This document shows positions 1-7,445 of a stretch of DNA of 61,000 bases, piece by piece. Both the position numbers and the translations under genes were made by a program. Under the pieces are notes generated by a model. It was not told where the DNA came from. It saw only the letters and a list, made by a program, of their open reading frames with translations, and searched no databases. The DNA is from Clostridia bacterium. Its GTDB lineage: Bacteria; Bacillota; Clostridia; Oscillospirales; CAG-272. Location of the stretch: the NCBI GenBank assembly GCA_017456985.1, contig JAFTIH010000023.1, positions 1 through 61,000 of the forward strand. Direction: 5' to 3'. The first letter of the stretch is position 1, and each line of letters opens with the position of its first letter.

Positions 1-87
1 CGGAGAATTTTACACTTTGGGCAAAGTGCGAGCATCGCATTTGACTAGTCAAACGCAAATGGGCTAAGCCCAAACCCTTATTACAAG

Positions 88-134
88 CAGAAAGAGAGAA
101 CAACGGTTTATAGCCGAAAGTTCTCTCTTTTCTG
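88..134. terminator. Intrinsic terminator-like hairpin
   Basis: CAGAAAGAGAGAAC...GTTCTCTCTTTTCTG inverted repeat downstream of the minus-strand DUF4037 gene. Confidence 0.5.
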
Positions 135-137
135 TTG

Positions 138-312
138 GTGAAGTTTTTGCTATCGCAAAAGTGAAGTTGTTATGCAGTGAAGTTTGCCGCTTTGCGACGC
201 AAAGCATCAAGTGAAGTTAAGTTTGCCCATCACTTCGCCGTCAGGCGAAACTTCACTCACGAAGTGAACTTACTATCAGAGATAACTTCACTTGCCCAAA
301 GGGCAAACTTAG
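138..312. repeat. Nested multi-hairpin repeat element (GTGAAGTT copies followed by AACTTCAC-like copies)
   Basis: GTGAAGTT at 138, 161, 177, 211; reverse-complement AACTTCAC at 249 and 284, variants at ~231, ~267, ~306; short hairpins between them. Confidence 0.75.
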
Positions 313-365
313 TTAGCGCGATACTCCGTTAAGAGTATCACGCCATTGCCGAGGCGGTTTTTTTA

Positions 366-1298
366 TCAGCCGAAGACCGAAAGACGGGAAAGCGGACTAT
401 CCTTGGGAACGGTGTCCTTGACGGCGTAGGCGTGCCGCTCAAGGTCAGGGCTCTCGACGTTCGAGAGTCCCTCCTTGCGTAACGCGTCCGAAAAGCGCAG
501 GGCAACGTCCTCAACAATGCCCGCTTTGTGCGGCACAAGTGCCGCGCTGTTCTCGCTCGTAAGAAGAAAGGAAAGCGGCTCCGCGAGGTCCGAAAACCGA
601 GGAAGCGCGCGCAGCGCGCGAAAGACCCACTTGTAAAAGGGTGGGTGTTTTTCTTCCAGAAGAAAGCAAATTTGTAAACAACTCTTTACAAAATCCGTGA
701 TTGCAAGCTGAGCGGCACCCTCTTCGCCGTGTCCGACACAGCGCGCGTAGTTGTACTGCCCGCTTTGCCCCGCCGCGATCAGCGCAGCGGCAAGCCGCGT
801 CGCACGCACGGCGCCCGGCAGGCGGGAAAAGCCCTCGCGGCGGGCGGTAAAGTCGCCTGTGCCGTCATAAAAGACCGCGCCGTTGGTGGCGGCGGCAAGC
901 GCGTAGTCGGGGATGGCGTAAAACGCCGTGTCGTCGGCGGGGGGCGTCGGATGCCCCGTTTCGCGCAGATAAAATTCCGAAACGGTAAAGACGCCGCACC
1001 GCCTGCCGCCCGGGGGCGCCATTTTGGGACGGCGCACGCCCATAAACTCCTGTGGGAGCGCCGCGTAGGCGCGTTCCAGCGCAAAGAGCGTTTTTCGGTC
1101 GGTGTCGTCGGGCGCAAGCAGAAGAAAGCCCGCCTCAAAGTCGTGGTCGCGCGAGAGCGCGTCGTCAAAGCCAAAGCAATCCGACCCCTCGCCCACCTTG
1201 GCGGCGGCAAGTCGCGGGTATAGCGCGGGAAAGTCCCGCTTTAACATCGGCTCCCCGAATTGCAGATAGTAGGCGCGCGAAAGCTCGATCCCGTTCAT
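366..1298 (-). CDS. DUF4037-type protein with nucleotidyltransferase-like signature
   Basis: Start MNGIELSRAYY at 1298 overlaps the upstream stop (ATGA); motifs VGEGSDCFGFDDALSRDHDF, GQYNY.R and PFYKW. Confidence 0.75.
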   Translation of the reverse strand: MNGIELSRAYYLQFGEPMLKRDFPALYPRLAAAKVGEGSDCFGFDDALSRDHDFEAGFLLLAPDDTDRKTLFALERAYAALPQEFMGVRRPKMAPPGGRRCGVFTVSEFYLRETGHPTPPADDTAFYAIPDYALAAATNGAVFYDGTGDFTARREGFSRLPGAVRATRLAAALIAAGQSGQYNYARCVGHGEEGAAQLAITDFVKSCLQICFLLEEKHPPFYKWVFRALRALPRFSDLAEPLSFLLTSENSAALVPHKAGIVEDVALRFSDALRKEGLSNVESPDLERHAYAVKDTVPKDSPLSRLSVFG

Positions 1299-2119
1299 CC
1301 GTCTGCCCCGTCCTTTCCGTAGAGGGCGCGCGACAGACGCGCGTATTTGTCCGCAAGCAGGAAAAAGCCGTGGAAGCGGAAGGCGGCGGCGCACTTGTCC
1401 GCGACGAAGGCGTAGTTGCCATCACGCACGACGCGTGCATCCGAAAGCAGGGCGTCCGCCTCGGCGCAAAGCGCACCAACGGCGTCCGCGCTTTGCTCGG
1501 CGCCGTCGCGGCGATAGAGAAGGTCGGCAATATTAAGGAGAGTAACTGCCGCGTCAAGGTAGCGTGCACTCTCGCTTTTTCCAAGTTTGAGCGCCTCTTT
1601 GTAAAGCGCGAGCGCTTCCTCGTACTCGCCCAACTCGACGAGCGCGGCGGCAAGGTTGTTTTTGAGTGCGGCAACCCGCCCGTCCTCGGGGGAGAGCGTT
1701 TTTTCGTAAATTATCATTGCGCGGCGGTAGCGCGTGACCGCTTCTTCCGGCGCCCCGAAGGCGGCACACACGGTGGCGGCGTTGAGCAAGACGGTCGCGG
1801 CGCTCACCGTGTCCGAAAGCCCCGCCGTCAAAACGGCGCGCTCTGCCGCGAGCGCCGCTGCGTAGGCTTCCTCGCGCATCCCGCATTTGCGGTAAAGACC
1901 CATTTGCTCGTTTAAGACCGCGATCTCGCCTCGCACGTCGCGCCCTACGCGCGCTTCCTCGAGCCAATAGGCGAGATGGCGCCTGGCGCCCGCGGTGTCG
2001 TCTGTGGAAAGAAGAGCGTCAAGACGCTCGATCATACGCGAAACGGAGATGGGGGTCACCCCGTCGTTTCGCATACAAAGCGGACAGTCGCGCTCCTCGT
2101 AATCTTCCTTGGTGATCAT
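1295..2119 (-). CDS. Tetratricopeptide repeat protein
   Basis: Helical TPR-like repeats (ATVLLNAA, AALKNNLAAALVELGEYEEALALYKEAL); N-terminal CPLC; RBS AAAGGAAA before ATG 2119. Confidence 0.8.
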   Translation of the reverse strand: MITKEDYEERDCPLCMRNDGVTPISVSRMIERLDALLSTDDTAGARRHLAYWLEEARVGRDVRGEIAVLNEQMGLYRKCGMREEAYAAALAAERAVLTAGLSDTVSAATVLLNAATVCAAFGAPEEAVTRYRRAMIIYEKTLSPEDGRVAALKNNLAAALVELGEYEEALALYKEALKLGKSESARYLDAAVTLLNIADLLYRRDGAEQSADAVGALCAEADALLSDARVVRDGNYAFVADKCAAAFRFHGFFLLADKYARLSRALYGKDGADG

Positions 2120-2209
2120 AGCGTTTCCTTTCAAAAACAAGAGTTGCTTTTGTCAAAAATGCTAACCAAAGTTAGATTTTTAGCTTGAAAAAGACAACTC
2201 TTGTTTACA

Positions 2210-3211
2210 TTATTTGGTATATGCGGTTTGGGAGAGCGTGGGAAAAACGAATGCCTTATGCACGCCGTCCTTGGTGAGTGAGTCGGGTGTGTGCGTGGCG
2301 CCGAAGGTGTCCTCGTGACAAACGGTTTCTGTGCCGACGAGGGTATAGACGTTGCTTTCCGTGGTATCGTTCCAGGTGACGTCAACGCCGTACAGTACGC
2401 CGTCGATGCGCACGGCGCTCCACAGGTGTCCCTCCGTTTCACCGTTTGCCTTGGCGTAGCCGGGAATGCTGACGACGTCAAGCCCCGCACGCTTGGCAAG
2501 ATAGGCGAACGCAAGCGCGTATCCCTCACAAACGCACCTCTTGTCAACGAGTGCGCCAAGTAGGTTGCCGCGGCGTGGCGCGTTTAGCTCGTATTCGATG
2601 CGTGCGCAAAGGTAATTGCTAACGTAAGCGACCTGCTCTGCCTCGGTCTTGCCCGTAGGTGCAAAATCTAAAATTGCGGCTTTTAGCCTTGCGGCGTCTG
2701 CTACCGCGTCCGTGATCCCCTCCGCCGCCTCGATGGTGACGGTGAGCTCGGTGAGCGTGAGGACGTTTTCATCGTCCCCCTCTAAGCTGTACGCCAAAGA
2801 AAATTTGCCGTGCTCTAACCAAAAGATCTCGGGATGGTCCAGCCATACGGCGTACAGTGCGTTGGTGATCCAATAGGTCAGGCGGTCGGAAAGCGCCTCC
2901 TTCTCCGCTTCGGTCGGCATTCTGCCGCGGCAGACCTTGGGGACCTCGGGAAGGGTGGGACGGATCTCGAATTCCCCCACCTCTAGTGCAACGACAGCGT
3001 CGTAAACGGCGATCTCGTTGGGTGAAAGCTGGTCGCGGTAGCTGTTTTCAAAAACGGTCGGGACGAGATCCGTATAGGTGGGAGGCGTGAAGCTCGTGCC
3101 TTCGCCCGTGCCGCCCGAGGGGGACGGAAGGAGGGCGGAAAGATCGCACGAGGCGAGGGAAAATACGAGCAAAAGCGAGAGAAAAAAGGAAAGTGCGCGC
3201 TTGGTCTTCAT
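2210..3211 (-). CDS. Transglutaminase-like domain lipoprotein
   Basis: Signal peptide with lipobox LASC; Cys-His-Asp motifs VCEGYA, GHLW, DVTW. Confidence 0.8.
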   Translation of the reverse strand: MKTKRALSFFLSLLLVFSLASCDLSALLPSPSGGTGEGTSFTPPTYTDLVPTVFENSYRDQLSPNEIAVYDAVVALEVGEFEIRPTLPEVPKVCRGRMPTEAEKEALSDRLTYWITNALYAVWLDHPEIFWLEHGKFSLAYSLEGDDENVLTLTELTVTIEAAEGITDAVADAARLKAAILDFAPTGKTEAEQVAYVSNYLCARIEYELNAPRRGNLLGALVDKRCVCEGYALAFAYLAKRAGLDVVSIPGYAKANGETEGHLWSAVRIDGVLYGVDVTWNDTTESNVYTLVGTETVCHEDTFGATHTPDSLTKDGVHKAFVFPTLSQTAYTK

Positions 3212-4236
3212 TCTTGCTTTCCTTTCTTTTTTGCCGCGCGCTTAAGCGATCGCGCCTCGGCAAGCGCGCGCTTCTTTTCGGCTTTTGCCCGACGAAGCGG
3301 CTCGCGGCGCTCGCTCTTAGTGGCGAATTTTGCCGCAATGCGCTTCTTCTCTTCGGCGTAAACGCGCTTTGCGCGGAGCTTCTCGTAATCGCCCGGCTTT
3401 GCCCACTCGCGGATGATGGGATACTTCGATTCTCCCTCAAGGAGCGTGGGGTCGGCAAGGTATTCCTTGAAGCGCGCAAACGCGGCGGCAAAATAGCTTC
3501 CCGTACAGATGCGCTCATCCATTACGATGCCGAAGGGCAGACAGCGCTCAAAGCGCACCTTGTCGCCGTGACGGCGGGGGATCTCCTTGGTCACGCCGAT
3601 GGTCAAGATCACGCTCGTCGTACCAAAGTGATATACGTGATGGTAAATGTGATTGGTGCCGATGGAGGCAAGGTTGGAGATGACCATGCTCGAATGGAAG
3701 GGAGAGGCGTCAATGATCGCTTTGGGGAGCCATCCAAGGTGGTCAAGCAGCTTGATAAAGCTCACACCGATCGAAAGAAGCCCCGGCATATTGACGAGAA
3801 ATCTCGCGATGCGGTCGGTGCGGTTGGTGTCGCCGTCCTTGCGGTTGCCGTCCACGTACTCATCGAGCACTCTTTGCACGTCAAAGATGTCGTTTTCATA
3901 TTCAAGAAAAAATTTGCTGGTCGTGCCGTCCGTGTCGCCCGGCTTCAAGACCACCATACCGATGGAAAGGTCGGTGCGTGCGTAGGGACGCTTGTTTACA
4001 AAAAAGCGGTTGAGCTTATAGAACTCTGCTACCGTGCGCAGATATGCCGTCAGAATGACGCCAAGGTGGGAGACGCGGCGCCCCTCCTTGCGCTTCTCGC
4101 GCACGTAGGCGCTGATAGGTGCCAGCGGCACGTCCACCTCGATCATATTGAGCGCATCGTAGCGCTTATTCATTAGATGTGCGCCGACGTAATAGTCAGG
4201 GACCTCGTTGCGGACTCGTTTTCCGTCTGTTCTCAT
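3208..4236 (-). CDS. Stand-alone 2-oxoacid dehydrogenase E2 catalytic-domain-like (CAT-fold) protein
   Basis: ISNLASIG and MDERICTG motifs at the positions of E2 ISNLG and DHRxxDG; no lipoyl domain; basic C-terminal tail. Confidence 0.65.
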   Translation of the reverse strand: MRTDGKRVRNEVPDYYVGAHLMNKRYDALNMIEVDVPLAPISAYVREKRKEGRRVSHLGVILTAYLRTVAEFYKLNRFFVNKRPYARTDLSIGMVVLKPGDTDGTTSKFFLEYENDIFDVQRVLDEYVDGNRKDGDTNRTDRIARFLVNMPGLLSIGVSFIKLLDHLGWLPKAIIDASPFHSSMVISNLASIGTNHIYHHVYHFGTTSVILTIGVTKEIPRRHGDKVRFERCLPFGIVMDERICTGSYFAAAFARFKEYLADPTLLEGESKYPIIREWAKPGDYEKLRAKRVYAEEKKRIAAKFATKSERREPLRRAKAEKKRALAEARSLKRAAKKKGKQE

Positions 4237-4299
4237 AGGGGAGGATCCTTTCTGTATGTAGCGTTGGAATGTAGGGCGGAAATATCTATGTATATTATA

Positions 4300-4460
4300 T
4301 CAAAAATCTGCCGCAAAATCAGGGATTTTGAGGCGGAAGCGTGGCTTCCGCAAAAGGCGCGAAGCGCCATTTGGCAGATTTCCGATGTAGTAAAACGGTC
4401 TTTGCCCCAAGGGCAAAGGTGCACGCAGGGCGTGCTACGGCAAGCATCTGCTTGCCGGTC
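4300..4460 (-). ncRNA. Candidate structured sRNA or 5' leader
   Basis: Directly downstream of a consensus sigma-A promoter; at least five hairpins plus a long-range AAATCTGCC/GGCAGATTT pairing; no credible ORF. Confidence 0.35.
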
Positions 4461-4466
4461 TGTTTT

Positions 4467-4495
4467 ATTATATCACAAAAAAGTGAATTTTGCAA
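4467..4495 (-). promoter_or_regulatory. Sigma-A promoter
   Basis: TTGCAA-17bp-TATAAT with TG extended -10 on the minus strand. Confidence 0.7.
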
Positions 4496-4629
4496 GAGCT
4501 TTCGCGAAAACGGTGCCTGCGGACACACGAAAACGGCGTCTTTTTTGCCGCGTCCGTGTGCGTTTCATCGAATGGGGCGCCCGAATGTGAACAAATCAAA
4601 AATTCTTTTTCGATTTTTTCGGAAAAGGT

Positions 4630-4658
4630 TTGCATTTTGCGTGCGTATATGTTATAAT
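4630..4658 (+). promoter_or_regulatory. Sigma-A promoter of nrdR operon
   Basis: TTGCAT-17bp-TATAAT with TG extended -10. Confidence 0.7.
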
Positions 4659-4735
4659 ATATTAAATATTTATATGTTAGCGCCCGTGGGCGCGAGAAAA
4701 CAGTGCAAGTACAAAGAGAAACGGAGAGAAGTACC

Positions 4736-5197
4736 GTGAAATGTCCCAACTGTGCATCCCCTGACAGCCACGTTTTAGACAGCCGTCACACCGAGGAAGG
4801 AAACAGCATTCGTCGCCGCCGCGAGTGTGCGGGCTGCGGCAAGCGCTTTACCACCTACGAGATGATCGAAACGGCGCCCGTCACCGTGATCAAGAAGGAT
4901 GGAAGCCGCGAGTATTTTGATCGTCACAAGCTTCAATCGGGCATTATGCACGCCTGTCAGAAGCGTCCCGTGGACGTGGGTGCCGTGGTAGATGCGATCG
5001 AAAAGGAATTACAAAACGCCTTGGTCGAGGAGGTCACGAGCGAGCGCATCGGAGAGCTCGTGATGGAGCATCTGCGCGTGCTCGACGCGGTTTCCTACGT
5101 GCGCTTTGCCTCTGTCTATCGCGAGTTCAAGGACGTTGATACCTTCCTTGCGGAGATCAACAAGGTCATCCGCGGGGACGGAAAGGAGAAAAAATAA
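4736..5197 (+). CDS. nrdR: Transcriptional repressor NrdR
   Basis: GTG start; KCPNC...DSR...IRRRREC..CGKRFTTYE zinc ribbon; ATP cone; YVRFASVYREF. Confidence 0.97.
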   Translation: MKCPNCASPDSHVLDSRHTEEGNSIRRRRECAGCGKRFTTYEMIETAPVTVIKKDGSREYFDRHKLQSGIMHACQKRPVDVGAVVDAIEKELQNALVEEVTSERIGELVMEHLRVLDAVSYVRFASVYREFKDVDTFLAEINKVIRGDGKEKK

Positions 5198-6084
5198 TGT
5201 TAAAGAGCATGACTGCCTTCGGGCGCGCCGTGGGAGAGTGGGAGGATAAGTCCATCACCGTGGAGATCCGCTCCGTCAACTCCCGCTATCTTGACGCGAC
5301 CATCAAGCTGCCGCGCGTTTACGCCGCCCTCGAAGAAAAGCTCAAGGCGTATTTACAGAAAAACGTGATCTCGCGCGGTAAGGTAGAGCTTTCGGTTTTC
5401 GTGCAGGGAAGAGGCAGTACCGAAACCCAGATTTCGCTGGATGAGGCTTATCTTGACGGCTATCTGCGCGCGCTGTACCGCTTGCGCGACGAGTACGGGC
5501 TTGCGGACGATATTTCCGTGATGCGCGTGGCAGAGAACCGTGAGGTCTTCACCGTGGTGCGTGCCGAGGAGGACGTGAGTGCGGATTACGAGCGCATCCT
5601 TGCGGTGCTTTCCCGCGCTGCTGCCGACCACACTGCGATGCGCAAGGCGGAGGGTGAGCGCATTGAGCGCGATCTTTGCGAGAAGGTTGCCGCCATCCGT
5701 GCGCTGACCGAAAAGATCGCCGCCCGCTCCGCCGAGGAGATCGCCGCCTACCGTGAGAAATTAGAGGGCAGGCTGCGCACCGTGCTTGCGGAGCACGCCG
5801 TCACCCCCGACGAGGGGCGCGTGCTGACCGAGTGCGCCATTATGGCGGACCGCCTTGCCATCGACGAGGAGCTCGTGCGTCTTGACAGTCATTTTGCCGC
5901 CTTTGCGGAAATTCTCGCCTCGGGCGAGGTTGCGGGCAGAAAGCTCGACTTCTTGATGCAAGAAATGAACCGCGAGACCAACACCATCGGCTCCAAGTGC
6001 TCGAGTGCGGAGATCGCGCGCCACGTTGTGGAGATCAAGTGCGAGTTGGAAAAGATACGGGAACAGATCCAAAACATCGAATAA
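5197..6084 (+). CDS. yicC: YicC/YloC family endoribonuclease
   Basis: KSMTAFGR, EIRSVNSRYLD, GRKLDFLMQEMNRETNTIGSK, EKIREQIQNIE. Confidence 0.95.
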   Translation: MLKSMTAFGRAVGEWEDKSITVEIRSVNSRYLDATIKLPRVYAALEEKLKAYLQKNVISRGKVELSVFVQGRGSTETQISLDEAYLDGYLRALYRLRDEYGLADDISVMRVAENREVFTVVRAEEDVSADYERILAVLSRAAADHTAMRKAEGERIERDLCEKVAAIRALTEKIAARSAEEIAAYREKLEGRLRTVLAEHAVTPDEGRVLTECAIMADRLAIDEELVRLDSHFAAFAEILASGEVAGRKLDFLMQEMNRETNTIGSKCSSAEIARHVVEIKCELEKIREQIQNIE

Positions 6085-6090
6085 TTTCGG

Positions 6091-6364
6091 GCGAAAACGC
6101 TCCGAATACTTCGTTGCTCGCAGGGGGCAGTGCCCAGCACAGCACCCCTGACATCGCGCCTCGTCTCGGAACGTTTTCACACCCAAATGCGCGCGCCTAG
6201 CCCGAAAGCGTTTTCGTACCGAAATAACTCCGCGCGAAAATGCTCCGAATACTTCGTTGCTCGCAGGGGGCAGTGCCCAGCACAGCACCCCTGACATCGC
6301 GCCTTGTCTCGGAGCGTTTTTACTCCGAAATGAGTACGCGCGCCCAGCCCGAAAGCGTTTTCGC
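6091..6364. repeat. Tandem pair of ~143-bp palindromic units
   Basis: Near-identical copies starting at 6091 and 6234, each a long stem (GAAAACGCTCCGA/TCGGAACGTTTTC) enclosing inner hairpins. Confidence 0.9.
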
Positions 6365-6491
6365 TCCCGAGCGGGCGTGCTTATCAAAGGCAACGCTACT
6401 CCATACGCAAAACGGACGTGCGTTATGCACGACAAATAAAAGAAATCGCAAAGCAAAGAAAAAACTCTCCGAAAAGTGAGGATAATACAAA

Positions 6492-6764
6492 ATGAAATTC
6501 ATCAACATCGGATCGGGTAATATGGTGGCGGCAGGGCGCGTGGTGGCGCTGGCGAGCCCCGATTCCGCGCCGATCAAGCGCCTCGTTTCTGAGGCGAAGG
6601 AGGAGGGACGCGTGATTGACGTTTCCTGCGGTCGCCGTACCCGTACCGTTATTTTTACCGACAGCGACCATTTGATCCTGTCCGCCATCCGTGCGGAGAC
6701 CATTTCCAACCGTCTGTACGATAGCGAGGGCGGTGAGGACGAGGAGCTGGACGAGGAGGAGTGA
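6492..6764 (+). CDS. remA: RemA/DUF370 family regulator
   Basis: [10 protein letters not shown]...PDSAPIKRL...[20 protein letters not shown]; canonical position after yicC. Confidence 0.92.
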   Translation: MKFINIGSGNMVAAGRVVALASPDSAPIKRLVSEAKEEGRVIDVSCGRRTRTVIFTDSDHLILSAIRAETISNRLYDSEGGEDEELDEEE

Positions 6765-6939
6765 TCCTCCCGCGCGAGGCTTTTTTGCGCCACGGCGCTC
6801 CCGACGGGTATTTTCCCGCTCGGGTGCTGACGACGGGCGGTTTTTCGCTTGGGCGCTCCCGACTTGCGGCGCGTGCCGCGTTTTCCTAACGTGTATCTAA
6901 AAATAAAAAATAGATTTCAAGAAAGAAAGGCAAGTTATT

Positions 6940-7251
6940 ATGAAAGACAGCCGTATGATCTACCCCCCCATTCCCGAACTGACGGAAAACTACCGCTTCA
7001 ACCGTTACGAGCTTGTGATCGCCGTAGCAAAGGGCGCACACGTTGTGACGAGCGAGTATCTGACGATGCGCGCAAACGCGGAGCGTATGATCTCCGAGGA
7101 GAAGGTGGATAAGCCCATGCTCTCCCTCATCGACCCCGAATACCGCGACCAGAAGGCGATCCGCATCGCCATCACGCGTCTGCACGAGGGCAAGTACCGT
7201 ATGGAGGCGCCCGCCGCAGCCGCAGTCGAAGAAAAGGTCGTCGAGGAATAA
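6940..7251 (+). CDS. rpoZ: RNA polymerase omega subunit
   Basis: MIYPPI.EL...NRYELVIAVAKGA...KAIRIAI; synteny upstream of priA. Confidence 0.8.
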   Translation: MKDSRMIYPPIPELTENYRFNRYELVIAVAKGAHVVTSEYLTMRANAERMISEEKVDKPMLSLIDPEYRDQKAIRIAITRLHEGKYRMEAPAAAAVEEKVVEE

Positions 7252-7445
7252 GCATTGCACCGTTACATTTCCCTGCGGGCGCCGATAAGGGCGCCTCTTG
7301 GGGGATGTTCAAGTAAGCCTTTGCGCTCTCCGAACGCCGTGCTTGGCGAGAAGATCGACCTAAGGTAAAGGCTATTATTTTGTGACAAAGACTAATATCG
7401 CGATGAAGGTGACGATCACGCGAAAATTATGGAAAGGGAAGGACC

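Noticed and set aside
138-312. Possible degenerate CRISPR or iteron array (also 32115-32297)
   Set aside because: Repeats are 7-8 bp, irregularly spaced and switch orientation midway; no cas or rep gene nearby.
6091-6364. Possible CRISPR array
   Set aside because: Only two ~143-bp near-identical units, no unique spacers and no cas genes in the window.
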